From NCBI GenBank assembly GCA_050011875.1, contig JBEKIG010000004.1, forward strand, positions 32,001 to 96,000: 64,000 nucleotides of DNA, in the 5' to 3' direction. The notes below the pieces were generated by a model. It was given only the letters and a program-made list of their open reading frames with translations. It did no database searches and had not been told where the DNA came from. Shown here piece by piece: positions 9,994-20,341 of this stretch; within the stretch, counting starts at the first letter, position 1, and each line of letters begins with the position of its first letter. This stretch comes from Nitrososphaeria archaeon. Lineage in GTDB: Archaea; Thermoproteota; Nitrososphaeria; JACIWG01. Made by a program: the position numbers and the translations under genes.

Positions 9994-12594
9994 ATGGCAG
10001 ATGACCAAGAGATTCTGTCTCTCGGCGTTGACGACGTTTTAGCTCGGCTGAAGACATCCCGGTCTGGGCTTTCCTCACAGGAAGTTCAGAGCCGCATTGC
10101 AACGTACGGACCGAACGAGCTGGCTAAGAAGCAGAAACGCACCGGGCTTATTGAGATTCTGTACCACCTGAGAAATCCACTCGTGTTGATCCTCCTGATT
10201 GCGGGTTTAGTCTCCGGGTTTGTAGGAGACATAACAGACGCGGTCATAATTTTCACAATCGTGCTTCTCAGCATCGTTCTTGACGTGTATCAAGAATCCA
10301 AAGCTCAAAACGCCGCCGACGCACTCAAAGAAAGGGTCACCACAAAAGCAACAGTTCTCAGAAACGGCACCAAACAAGAAGTGAAACTTTCCGAAATCGT
10401 ACCAGGTGACATAGTCTATCTCATCGCAGGAGACCTCGTTCCCGCCGATTCCAGATTAATCGACGCAAAGGACTTGAACCTCAACCAGTCAGCATTAACA
10501 GGAGAAGCCTTTCCAGTAGAAAAGAACGCTGCCCCGCTTTCAGCTAGCACGTCCGAACTGACCAGCTGGAACAACTACGTATTCATGGGAACCTCAGTGG
10601 TCAGCGGAACCGGAACCGCCGTCGTGGCAAAGACCGGAAGCTTAACGGAATACGGAAAAATCGCCAAAGACCTCGTGGCCAAGACGCCTGAAACCGAATT
10701 CGAAAAAGGGCTTCGCCGATTCGGAGCCTTAATGACCGAAGTCACTCTTTTCCTCGTAGTTTTCGTCTTTTTTGTAAACGCATTTTTCTTTTCAGGCAGC
10801 CGCAGCATTCTGCAATCCCTGCTTTTCTCAGTGGCTCTTGCCGTGGGCTTAACGCCGGAGCTTCTGCCCATGATAATGTCCATCAACCTATCCAGAGGCG
10901 CCGTGGCAATGTCTAAAAAAGGCGTAATCGTGAAACGGCTGGCCTCAATTTCAAACTTCGGCAACATGGACGTTTTATGCACGGACAAAACCGGCACGCT
11001 CACAGAGAACAAGCTCACACTAAGCGAATACGAGGACCTGGAAGGAAAAGAAGCCCCAAAAGTGCTCATGTACGCTTACTTTAACAGCGTTTTTGAAGCA
11101 GGACTGAAAAGCTCTCTAGACGACGCCATGATTCAGTATAAGCAGTTCGACGTCACTGGCGTCCAGAAAATTGACGAAGTGCCCTTTGACTTCATCCGAA
11201 AACGCGTTTCAGTAGTGGCCGAGTACGAAGGACAAAGACTCCTAATCTCCAAAGGAGCCCCTGAAGAAATCCTCAAAATCTGCACCTACTGCGAAACTGA
11301 CGAAAACCTAACCGATCTAACAAACGTTTACCAAGCCAAGTTTGAGCAAAAATACAACGCACTCAGCGCTGAAGGATACAGGGTTCTAGCCGTCGCATAC
11401 AAGAAAGTCAAAGACGACAAAACACACTACACAATCACCGACGAAACCGACATGATCTTTCTAGGTTTCCTGTCTTTCCTTGACCCACCTAAAGAAAGCG
11501 CGAAAGAATCCATCCGTTTACTGGCCAGAGACGGCGTAGAACTCAAAATCGTCACCGGCGACAACGAACTAGTCACAAAAACAACCTGCGAACAACTGGG
11601 CTTCAACATAACAGGAGTCATCCTCGGAAACGACATCGCCCAACTCCAAAACGACGCCCTAGCCCGAGTCGTAGAGGAAAACAACATTTTCGCCCGCGTA
11701 AACCCCGCTCAAAAAGACAGAGTAATCAACGCCCTAAGAACCAACGGACACGTAGTAGGCTACATGGGAGACGGCATCAACGACGCCCCCTCCCTGAAAA
11801 CGGCAGACGTAAGCATATCAGTAGAAAACGCCGTTGACGTCGCCAAAGAATCCGCCGACCTCATACTCCTGCAGCCTGACTTAACCGTGCTCGATCAAGG
11901 CGTTCTGGAAGGCCGCAAAACCTTTGGCAACACCATGAAATACATCATGATGGGCGTCAGCTCAAACTTCGGCACAATGTTCAGCGTAGCCGGAGCCTCC
12001 CTGTTCCTAAACTTCCTACCCATGACAGCTATCCAAATTCTCCTAAACAACCTCCTATACGATCTTTCCGAAGCAACCATACCAACAGACAACGTAGACG
12101 AAGAATACATCGAAAAACCCAAAAAACTAGACATCTCATACATAAGAAGGTTCATGATGACCATGGGCCCCGTAAGCTCTATATTTGACTTCCTGACCTT
12201 CTTTTTGATGCTGGAAATCTTCAAAGCAGCAGTTCCCGTTTTCCAAACCGCATGGTTCGTAGAATCTCTTGTAACACAAACACTTGTGGTTTTCGTGTTA
12301 AGAACCAGAAAAACTCCATTCTACAAGAGCAAACCCGGGAAATTTTTGACGATAAGCAGCCTATCCGTCGCGGCGGTCGCCTTCATAATTCCCTACACGC
12401 CCCTTGCCACCATATTCAATTTTTCGCCTCCCCCACTAGCGTTCTACCCAGCCCTAGCAGGACTAATAGTCGCCTACCTTCTCCTAGTTGAGGTCGTCAA
12501 GAAATGGTTCCAAAAACATAACGCTTACCGCCTGGAACAAATCTATGCCCCGAAAAAAACAAAACCGGCCGACCAAACAACCAATAAGCTTTAA
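9994..12594 (+). CDS. mgtA: Magnesium-translocating P-type ATPase
   Basis: DKTGT, TGE, LTPELLP, PFDF, GDGINDAP, SSNFG and LLNNLLYD motifs. ATG at 9994 is more likely than GTG at 9925. Confidence 0.9.
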   Translation: MADDQEILSLGVDDVLARLKTSRSGLSSQEVQSRIATYGPNELAKKQKRTGLIEILYHLRNPLVLILLIAGLVSGFVGDITDAVIIFTIVLLSIVLDVYQESKAQNAADALKERVTTKATVLRNGTKQEVKLSEIVPGDIVYLIAGDLVPADSRLIDAKDLNLNQSALTGEAFPVEKNAAPLSASTSELTSWNNYVFMGTSVVSGTGTAVVAKTGSLTEYGKIAKDLVAKTPETEFEKGLRRFGALMTEVTLFLVVFVFFVNAFFFSGSRSILQSLLFSVALAVGLTPELLPMIMSINLSRGAVAMSKKGVIVKRLASISNFGNMDVLCTDKTGTLTENKLTLSEYEDLEGKEAPKVLMYAYFNSVFEAGLKSSLDDAMIQYKQFDVTGVQKIDEVPFDFIRKRVSVVAEYEGQRLLISKGAPEEILKICTYCETDENLTDLTNVYQAKFEQKYNALSAEGYRVLAVAYKKVKDDKTHYTITDETDMIFLGFLSFLDPPKESAKESIRLLARDGVELKIVTGDNELVTKTTCEQLGFNITGVILGNDIAQLQNDALARVVEENNIFARVNPAQKDRVINALRTNGHVVGYMGDGINDAPSLKTADVSISVENAVDVAKESADLILLQPDLTVLDQGVLEGRKTFGNTMKYIMMGVSSNFGTMFSVAGASLFLNFLPMTAIQILLNNLLYDLSEATIPTDNVDEEYIEKPKKLDISYIRRFMMTMGPVSSIFDFLTFFLMLEIFKAAVPVFQTAWFVESLVTQTLVVFVLRTRKTPFYKSKPGKFLTISSLSVAAVAFIIPYTPLATIFNFSPPPLAFYPALAGLIVAYLLLVEVVKKWFQKHNAYRLEQIYAPKKTKPADQTTNKL

Positions 12595-12986
12595 CCATTT
12601 TAGGGCGTTTGCAACAACGGGTTTCGAAGAAAGCCCTTTTCTGTGGTCAATCAACCAATCTCTCGTATCAGTAGTGAAAGATTATTTTGAAATGATGTGG
12701 ATTACATCTTTTGCGACATTGAACGAATCTAATTTATTCCGTGTTCCTAAGTGCTATGAATACTGATAGCTTTGTGAAAGGTGGAGACAAAGAAGCTATT
12801 TTTAATGACTGTTATGCTATATGCTCATGAAGTAAATCTTGGTTTGAGTTATGCTTAGTAGGTCCTTTGGTGGAGCTCCTTTGATAAAGGCAAGTCGCCT
12901 TATCTGATTTAATTTGAAGAAGGGCGGATTTTTAGCAGAATGTCTCAAACCTCTAAATCAAGACCTCCTACTTTTTCATGCCATTT

Positions 12987-14078
12987 TTAATTTTCCAGAT
13001 ATTCTTTAAGGATTTCATCCTTTGGCTCTAGGCCTAGTCCAGGCTGTTCGGTGAGAGTGACCCAACCCTTATCCGGTCCAGGAGGATTCTTGAAGATAAT
13101 TTCTCCTACTTTCCACATTAAGTAATGGAACTCCACTCGCCAACCATTGGCCATAGCCGCTTGCAGATGCATGTTGTGGTGTGGCCAGCCACCTCCGTTG
13201 GCTATAAGGATATTGAAGGCTTGGGCCATAGCTGCCACTTTTAAGGCTTCGGTGTAGCCACCTACATAGCATACGTTGGGCTGAAGAATGTCTACCGCTC
13301 CATTTAATAGGAGTTCACGATGACGAAAGCGAGAGCCTTCATTCTGACCGGCTGCAATGGGTATTATTGTTCTTCTTCGTAGGTCTGCTAGGAGCCTAGT
13401 GTCATTTCCATAGACCGGCTCTTCAAACCAAGTTATGTTATATGCCTCTATTTTTTTGGCTAATTCTAATGCCTTGTTGAGGGAGAAGAGGTAGTTGGCA
13501 TCAATCATTAGTTGGGTTTTGTCTCCTATAGAGTCGCGCACCATCTTAACTCGGGCAGCATCTTCAGTAGGGTCTTCGGCGTTGTTTATCGCCACTACCA
13601 TCTTTAGCTTATCCTGTCCTTCACGGATATAGCGGCAAGCCATTTCAACCAGTTGCTCGCGATTAAACTCTAAAAGGCCAAAGGTAATGTAGGCAGGAAC
13701 TTTCTTCTTTGCTCCGCCTAGGAGTCTCCATACCGGTTCTCTGTAATGTTTACCTTTTATGTCCCAGAGGGCTATATCTACTGCGCTCACTGCTGAACTC
13801 CAAACTCCCGTCTGGGATCGCGGGTTGTGTGTGAGGTACATTTGATTCCATAAGGCTTCGGTTTCCAAAGGATTTTTACCTTTTAAGAAAGGCGCCAGTT
13901 CCCTGTTTATGAACTCTCTGACTCCGAAACGCTGCCCTCCACCAGTTAGGCCAAATCCAGTTATGTCCTCATCGGTATCTATATGTACAAAGACGATAGG
14001 CCGATTCATATTCTTTTCCAATAGTGGAACGTACACTGGTATAGTATGTACTGTGGCTAGAATAGAAGTAATTTTCAT
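12987..14078 (-). CDS. Mandelate racemase/muconate lactonizing enzyme (enolase superfamily)
   Basis: SAVDIALWDIKGK, KxK, MIDAN and WFEEP motifs. Confidence 0.9.
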   Translation of the reverse strand: MKITSILATVHTIPVYVPLLEKNMNRPIVFVHIDTDEDITGFGLTGGGQRFGVREFINRELAPFLKGKNPLETEALWNQMYLTHNPRSQTGVWSSAVSAVDIALWDIKGKHYREPVWRLLGGAKKKVPAYITFGLLEFNREQLVEMACRYIREGQDKLKMVVAINNAEDPTEDAARVKMVRDSIGDKTQLMIDANYLFSLNKALELAKKIEAYNITWFEEPVYGNDTRLLADLRRRTIIPIAAGQNEGSRFRHRELLLNGAVDILQPNVCYVGGYTEALKVAAMAQAFNILIANGGGWPHHNMHLQAAMANGWRVEFHYLMWKVGEIIFKNPPGPDKGWVTLTEQPGLGLEPKDEILKEYLEN

Positions 14079-14391
14079 AGTTTACCCCATTCTAAAACTT
14101 CTTAATAAGTAGTATTCTTAATAAGTAGCATCTTTGGGTTGATTAGGAATCAAACTCCATAACGCAGCGATTCTATTAATTTCGTGGTCTCCTATTTGTG
14201 GCTCACCCAAATTATTCCTAGTCATTGTAATAAGTTCTTTGAGCAATGAAGGAATCGTTGAATGACAATGACTAATGGAGTGGGACAGAGAAACTTGTAA
14301 GAAAATTAAGTAGAAAAATGATGGCAGATCTGGAATTTTTGCCTTTTTTAATTCAATTTAATAATTAAACTTTAATAGAAAAGGACTATGT

Positions 14392-15414
14392 GTGTTCCCT
14401 ATGGAAATTCCATATAGATCTTTACGCATTGCCGATATGATGGATGTTTCTAGGGATATCCTTGAGAGAATATGTTTAGTAAAACCAAAGGAGAAGGTTG
14501 TTATTATAGGGGATCTAACTAGTAGTTTAAACATAATAGAAAGCCTCGCTGGCGCATGCGAATATATCGGTGCGGAACCTATTGTAATGATTATTAAAAA
14601 TCCTCCTTATCCTGGAAAGTACGATATACCTTCGCCAGTTTTGGGGGCAATAAGAGAAGCGGACTGTACAATTCAAACTACAACGAATTCTATGGCTCAT
14701 ACAGAAGCAAGTGAATTAGCTATGATAAAAACGGCAACTCGCCCCAATGGAGGAGTATGGGTAAGTATGAACGGTGTTACTGAAACAAATCTAATAAAAG
14801 GTGGAATCAAAGCAACTGGAACAAATAGGTTAAAGAAAATAACACAGAAAGCTACATACGCCATTACCGGGAAAACATGCAAGATAACAAGTAAAATGGG
14901 AACTAATCTAACCTTTGAACTCAGTGGTAAAACCTTCTCACTTTGGGGTGAATCCACTCAACGCCCAGTATACCATATGATTCCCGATGGAGAATCTGGA
15001 AATGCACCGGTTCCAGACTCAGTAAATGGCACAGTAGTTGTGGATGGCATACAGGAGGGGGTCATACCTTTGAGGTGGCCATACGATGGACCTATAAAAT
15101 ATGAATTAAAGGATGGCAGGGTAACAAAAATCTATGGAAGCACCGCTGCTAGGATATTCAAGAAACTAATCTTCGATATTGGCGATGAAGGCGCAAAATA
15201 CATAGGTGAATTCGCTGTTGGAACCAACCCAGAGGCAATTATTACTGGAGCTCTACAAGAAGACAAGCATGTTTTAGGAACCATACATCTATCTCTGGGA
15301 GATGGCCTTGTAAATAGAAGTATACTGCACTTGGATGGTGTTCAGTTAGAACCTACAGTCGAGATTGATGGAAGAGTCATAATAGATGAGGGAGAGCCCA
15401 TTTTCCTCAAGTGA
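14392..15414 (+). CDS. M29/aminopeptidase T-like metallo-protein
   Basis: PDGE, EFAVGTNP, EDKHVLGTIHLSLGD and HLD motifs. Confidence 0.75.
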   Translation: MFPMEIPYRSLRIADMMDVSRDILERICLVKPKEKVVIIGDLTSSLNIIESLAGACEYIGAEPIVMIIKNPPYPGKYDIPSPVLGAIREADCTIQTTTNSMAHTEASELAMIKTATRPNGGVWVSMNGVTETNLIKGGIKATGTNRLKKITQKATYAITGKTCKITSKMGTNLTFELSGKTFSLWGESTQRPVYHMIPDGESGNAPVPDSVNGTVVVDGIQEGVIPLRWPYDGPIKYELKDGRVTKIYGSTAARIFKKLIFDIGDEGAKYIGEFAVGTNPEAIITGALQEDKHVLGTIHLSLGDGLVNRSILHLDGVQLEPTVEIDGRVIIDEGEPIFLK

Positions 15415-15634
15415 TATTTGGATTGCGTTTGCTATGTCAAATCTTGAAATCTAAATCTAAATTAGGTACACTCAAAGCTTAATTTGTTGGCTTACAATAC
15501 TGTAAGAATATTAAATCATGAGATTTTTCTGGTTCAGTCATAGCACGCGCACATTCTCAACACTTAATCAGAACAGAAAACAAAAAAAGAAAGATATGGG
15601 AGCTTTCGGTCAAGCCCCTATGCTTACTCGCTGC

Positions 15635-16284
15635 TTAACTTGTTGGAGGCTGGAACAGAGAGTCCGGAAGCGAAGGATTAACAAGGACGTTGTAGACCAC
15701 GATCGTGCCTTCTCCATTTGCTTCGGTATAAGTGTAACTTCCTCCGATGCCAGTCAAGTATATAGCCATCTTTTGGTATCCTACAATTGCTGTGTTAGTC
15801 TGGTTAAATATAGTTGTGAACTCGGCAGATAGGTTCGTCCAAGTTCCGCCAGTATATACCCACGCCTTCTGCTGGACTCCGTTTACAATGTAAATTAGGT
15901 TGCCTTTCGTCCCATTCGTATCTAGCCGTAGCATTTCGTTAGACGTCCCTCTATTCTTTGCGTAATACGTAGATGTCTGAATTACTGCCCCTGAACTATC
16001 AATATCCTTCACACTGAACTGCACGCTGCTTGCATTAGCAACATTTGGAAAGCTGGATGTTACAGTAGTTGTTGAAGAAGTAGTTGAACTAGAAGTAGTC
16101 GGTACAGAAGTTGAACTAGAAGTAGTCGGTACAGAAGTTGAACTAGAAGTAGTCGGTACAGAAGTTGAACTAGAAGTAGTCGGTACAGAAGTTGAACTAG
16201 AGTCATTGTAGCCACATAAATGCCACCCGCCACCAAAATAACTGCGATGACTACTATTGCCACGATAAGTAACATTCGATTCAT
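15635..16284 (-). pseudogene. Secreted/anchored protein with a Ser/Thr-rich repeat linker and a 1-nt frameshift near 16200
   Basis: ATG at 16284 after GGAGG encodes a signal/TM segment. Adding one base at the first repeat gives (SSSTSVPTT)x4, continuing in frame into ORF 15635..16024. Confidence 0.7.
16082..16201. repeat. 27-bp tandem repeat, 4 full copies plus 12 nt (AGTTGAACTAGAAGTAGTCGGTACAGA)
   Basis: Exact copies at 16082, 16109, 16136 and 16163; partial copy at 16190. Confidence 0.95.
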
Positions 16285-16500
16285 TCTATTACCTCCAATT
16301 GACGCCCGCGCGAGAGTATAAGAATTTAACGGTTTGTGCATATTTAGCTTTGGTTTTTTGACTAGGCTTTGGTTAAACTTATCGCCATCGCTTCATTGGG
16401 GTTGAATCCTTTCTGCTTCCATGGAGCCAACAACGTAGCACGCGCGCGGTTTTGGGTTCTGGTAACTTTTCGTCTGTTTCGGGATTCATGCCAACTGTCG

Positions 16501-16824
16501 TCAGATGATTGATTTTTGTGGAGTTACAGGCTGCATCTTCGGACCGAGTCTCATGAAGAAATATCCGAGGAGATACCCGAAGATCAAGCTTGTGACCAGA
16601 CTAACTAAAAGATTAGTTGAAGCATCGGCTGTTTCGTAGCTAAATGAGCTTGTACTGAGAGCGAGATCAATCAGAAAGAGAATCAAACCAAAGATGAGCC
16701 CTCTGATTGGGAGACTATAACTCTTCATGTATATACCTTGCACGGCAGCAAAGATGAGCCCCACGATCAAACCTATGATGATTCCTCCAATGACCGAGAC
16801 CACTGGAATCAAAATCAAAGTCAA
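16501..16824 (-). CDS. Small membrane protein, probably 5'-truncated
   Basis: Three hydrophobic segments; the ORF begins abruptly inside a TM segment at a TTG. Confidence 0.45.
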   Translation of the reverse strand: MTLILIPVVSVIGGIIIGLIVGLIFAAVQGIYMKSYSLPIRGLIFGLILFLIDLALSTSSFSYETADASTNLLVSLVTSLIFGYLLGYFFMRLGPKMQPVTPQKSII

Positions 16825-16900
16825 GCTGACCAGAGCATCAAGCTGATTAACAAAGCGATTTCAGCTTTAATTTACTTGTAAATAATGAACAGAGAAGAAT

Positions 16901-16921
16901 TGGTGCGGGCCCGGTGAGATT
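16901..16921 (-). repeat. Isolated tRNA 3'-end fragment (att-like scar)
   Basis: The - strand reads AATCTCACCGGGCCCGCACCA; 15 of 16 bases match tRNA-Arg 23641-23656 (AATCCCACCGGGCCCG). Confidence 0.6.
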
Positions 16922-17170
16922 AAGGCCTATATAGGTTCGATTCGTGGATTTCATGGTTTTATTTTTATTTCTGGAAAAGCACAGTTTATGTTTGCATTAA
17001 TATATAGTGTCAAACACATCCAACAAGAGAACTCTGTGTACGCATCTTTGATTTTTTCTCTAGAAAAAATGCGAATCTATTTTAAGGGCATACAGGACCC
17101 TTATATTCCAATGTAATGGTTTTGAAAACGCTACTGCCATTGTTGCCTTAAAGAATAGAAGGAGACTGAT

Positions 17171-18019
17171 ATGAAGTTTAAGTATTTAGTCCCTTACATC
17201 GTTATTACCGTATTCATATCTCAATTCGGTAAGGATTCGCTCAACTACTCATCGCCATTTTTCATGATGGGATTGAGATACTTGATAGCGGGCTCATTGT
17301 TGCTATTAATTTCGAGACGTTTTCTGTTTAATAGGGATTTAATAATTCTGTCGTTGCTTTCGGCAACAAGTACTGTCCTGTGGGCATACGGACTCGAATA
17401 CGTATCTTTTTCAGATTCAACCGTACTAAGTTACACAATGCCACTAATAACGATCTTCACCTCATGGGCACTGTTAAAGGAAAAAGGGACGCTCACCGAA
17501 GTAATAGGTGCCGTGATAGGTTTTTCAGGACTCGTAATCTTCTCAATACCTCTACTGACAGGTTTCCTTCTATTAGGTTCTCTACTAACCCTCGTTAACG
17601 CAGTTTTCTGGTCACTTTATTCAGTGTATTTCAGAAAAATGAAGGAAAGCAACCCAATCTCAGTCGTAGGCTCCCAGTTCATTCTGGGTTCGCTCTTCAT
17701 GCTGGTCCTTTCTCCAATTAATTTCAAGCTCAGTTTTACAAACGGATTCGTCATCGACCTACTTTACCTTTCAATCATAGGAGGAGCTATACAGTTCCTC
17801 TTATGGAACCTGATGATAAGAGGAGAAAAAATAAACATAGTCACGACTTCGGTTTTCGCAGTTCCAGCTCTCACTGTGATTGTACAAGCCTTGGAAACAC
17901 TAACGATCCCATCTGCACTGTCCATAATTGGTATTGCAATAATGTTCATAGGCATATATATTTCCCAGAGTGTAAACAAACCAAAAATCCCCAACAAGGG
18001 ATTGGCGTCGCAATCCTAG
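17171..18019 (+). CDS. DMT/EamA family transporter
   Basis: About 10 TM helices in two repeats; SPFFMMGLRY and LLKEK motifs. Confidence 0.85.
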   Translation: MKFKYLVPYIVITVFISQFGKDSLNYSSPFFMMGLRYLIAGSLLLLISRRFLFNRDLIILSLLSATSTVLWAYGLEYVSFSDSTVLSYTMPLITIFTSWALLKEKGTLTEVIGAVIGFSGLVIFSIPLLTGFLLLGSLLTLVNAVFWSLYSVYFRKMKESNPISVVGSQFILGSLFMLVLSPINFKLSFTNGFVIDLLYLSIIGGAIQFLLWNLMIRGEKINIVTTSVFAVPALTVIVQALETLTIPSALSIIGIAIMFIGIYISQSVNKPKIPNKGLASQS

Positions 18020-18334
18020 TTGGTTTGACGATGTCATCAAACTGAATGCCATAACAAAGAAACTTTCGCCAAAAAGAAAACTAGTTGTCGCAGTACTCTT
18101 AAATGATGAGGAAAATAAACTAATTCTTAGCAGGATAAGGGAAACAGAAAAGTAAGGAACGGAATCGTAATAGTAACTTTACATAATCGTACTCATCTGT
18201 AATAAGGCGATTTTAGACCTGCATAGAGTCGCAAGAATAGAAGCCAAACAAGGATTTGAATGATATTTGAATGATATCCACAGTTTCCTCATACTGTGAG
18301 GTGGCCATAAAGGACAATAAAAGATCGTTTCATT

Positions 18335-19513
18335 TCATTGAAGCGGTTTGCCACACTCGGGACAGAACTTCGTTGGGGAAGTTATCGCTGCGCCACAGTT
18401 CGGGCATGTCTTTCCCTGGCTCTGTTGAGCCGTCTGAGTGCCGCAGTTTGGACAGAACTTTGCGCCAGCTTGAAGAGGAGAACCGCATTGGGAGCAGAAC
18501 AGGCCTTTCTTTGTCTGGCTTGCTGGTTGTGCTTGGCTGGCCCCGCAGCTGGGACAGAAAGAGCTGTTTACTGGAATTAGTGCCCCACAGTTTGAGCAGG
18601 ACTTTGTTGGAGGTTGCGCCATCCCGCCCATCATTTGGCCGCCGACCGCGTATCCCATGCCAGCACCTGCGCCCAGCCCCACACCTATCCCTGCTCCCAC
18701 GCCAGCTGCTCCTGAGGGGTTCTTGGCCGCGTCGACCATGGCCTGTCCTGCTTGATATTGCATATAATTCACACCCAGAACCTGTAACTGAGAGCGGGTG
18801 TCGATCGCCTTCTGAACTTCGTCCGGCAGGCTAATTGTCAAGCCCGAAATCTTGTTTATCTCTACGCCATATTGCCCGAAGTTGTCGGGAGCAGTCGCGA
18901 GCACAACCTGTTCTATATTCGTGAGGTTTGCAGCTAAGTCGGTAACCTTTAGTCCCTGTGATTTCATCTTACCCATCCCGTTGTATACAAGGATAACCAT
19001 CTGCTCCTTCAGCCGTGATTCTACGTCTTCTGAGGTCTCGGCGTTGAAAGTGCCAACAAACTGGTTGATGAAGTTCTCAGGAGAGGAGACCCTCCATCTA
19101 TATTCTCCAAAGACGCGGAGGTTGACGATCCCGAAAGTTGGGTCCGTGAACTGGTACGGCTGTGTGCTGCCGAACTTGCCATCCATGTACCTCTTCTGGA
19201 TGTAGAAGACCTCGGCCTGCTGTACAACGCCGGTGAAGAATTTAAGTAGATTCCCGACTATGGGCGCGTTGAAGTCGGTAAGCGCATATCTGTTTGGCTG
19301 ATCGAAGTATGTCAGCACCTTACCATCCCTGTAAAAGGCCGCAATCTCGTCCTCCCTTACGACTATGTTATCGTTCAACCTGATGTTCCTCGGAACCTTC
19401 CACATCACGTTATTCTGCTTGTACTGGTCCTCCCAGTTTACGGTTATCGAACCCACAACGCTACCACCAGTGGGAGGTATATCGCTCGATTTCTTCTTGA
19501 ATAAGCTACTCAC
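18335..19513 (-). CDS. SPFH (band 7-like) protein with C-terminal zinc ribbons
   Basis: VVREDEIAAFYRDGK SPFH N-terminus, Gly-rich linker, and three CxxC...FCxxCG ribbons. Confidence 0.85.
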   Translation of the reverse strand: MSSLFKKKSSDIPPTGGSVVGSITVNWEDQYKQNNVMWKVPRNIRLNDNIVVREDEIAAFYRDGKVLTYFDQPNRYALTDFNAPIVGNLLKFFTGVVQQAEVFYIQKRYMDGKFGSTQPYQFTDPTFGIVNLRVFGEYRWRVSSPENFINQFVGTFNAETSEDVESRLKEQMVILVYNGMGKMKSQGLKVTDLAANLTNIEQVVLATAPDNFGQYGVEINKISGLTISLPDEVQKAIDTRSQLQVLGVNYMQYQAGQAMVDAAKNPSGAAGVGAGIGVGLGAGAGMGYAVGGQMMGGMAQPPTKSCSNCGALIPVNSSFCPSCGASQAQPASQTKKGLFCSQCGSPLQAGAKFCPNCGTQTAQQSQGKTCPNCGAAITSPTKFCPECGKPLQ

Positions 19514-19523
19514 TCCAATTCAC

Positions 19524-20078
19524 CTACGTCAGCAATATACCCTCTATCGCTTTCATCCTTGCTTCCCACTTTTGCTTGAAGTCCACAATGGCAGCGTTGA
19601 CTTTCGACAGCCCGGTTTGGATCGAAGCAGGAGCTGAGGTGTCGTAAACGAGACTTGATGGAGAGGTAATCGCTAGGAGCTGCACCGCTGAACTTACAAA
19701 GTTGTAATCGTAATCATAAAGTTTGTTGAGCCTATCCTCGTTGATGCTTATCGTAGCAACGAAGCCGGAGTAGCCCTGCTGGGCGTGTCTCACCTCACCG
19801 CTCAGTTGCTGAACCTGCGAGATCAACGAACCAACCGATGTCAGATTCGTATAATCACCAGCAGTAACCATTTGCTTCCTCACATCCTCTAGGTTTCCCT
19901 TCGTTTGGTTGAGCTTGTCCGCTACCTGGTTGCGCAGGAGGTTGTCAGAGACGCGAAGATCCTCTAACGTCCTGTAGCCTTTGAGCCCTGGAACCAGTAG
20001 TTCAAGCTTCTTCTGAGGACCCCTACTTTCCTCAACCTGTTCTCTTATGTCTGGATTATCTTGTGACAATTTGATCAT
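19524..20078 (-). CDS. Hypothetical helical protein, operonic with the SPFH gene
   Basis: 10-bp gap to the SPFH gene; PGLKGY...LR.SDNLLR and LYDYD motifs; coiled-coil character. Confidence 0.7.
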   Translation of the reverse strand: MIKLSQDNPDIREQVEESRGPQKKLELLVPGLKGYRTLEDLRVSDNLLRNQVADKLNQTKGNLEDVRKQMVTAGDYTNLTSVGSLISQVQQLSGEVRHAQQGYSGFVATISINEDRLNKLYDYDYNFVSSAVQLLAITSPSSLVYDTSAPASIQTGLSKVNAAIVDFKQKWEARMKAIEGILLT

Positions 20079-20341
20079 CTATAAACCTATTTCGAAAGTT
20101 TCAAAAGCTATAGCCTAGTATAAATATCTTTTGCTCATCCCCTTATAGTTATGCATTTGCATAGAAAATCTACCGATCAGTCCTACTCATGCCTTACCGC
20201 CAGCTCTGTTCAGTATCATAATAGCTTAGTGGGGTGGATGTCTTTGCTTGGCTCAGAAGATGCCAGAGAGCACTATCCTGATGCTAAGATCATCCTGCGG
20301 ATGCTAAAACCGGACAGGCAGTAGGAAGGAGAGCTACCTCG

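Noticed and set aside
14099-14128. Direct repeat TTCTTAATAAGTAG x2 upstream of the enolase-family gene
   Set aside because: Short and AT-rich; it could be a promoter duplication, but there is no further support.
16082-16201. Possible CRISPR array
   Set aside because: The 27-bp units are head-to-tail with no spacers and encode a Ser/Thr linker; no cas genes are present.
16060-16341. ORF with VQLLYRLLL repeats as a real protein
   Set aside because: It is the out-of-frame reading of the Ser/Thr repeat after the frameshift.
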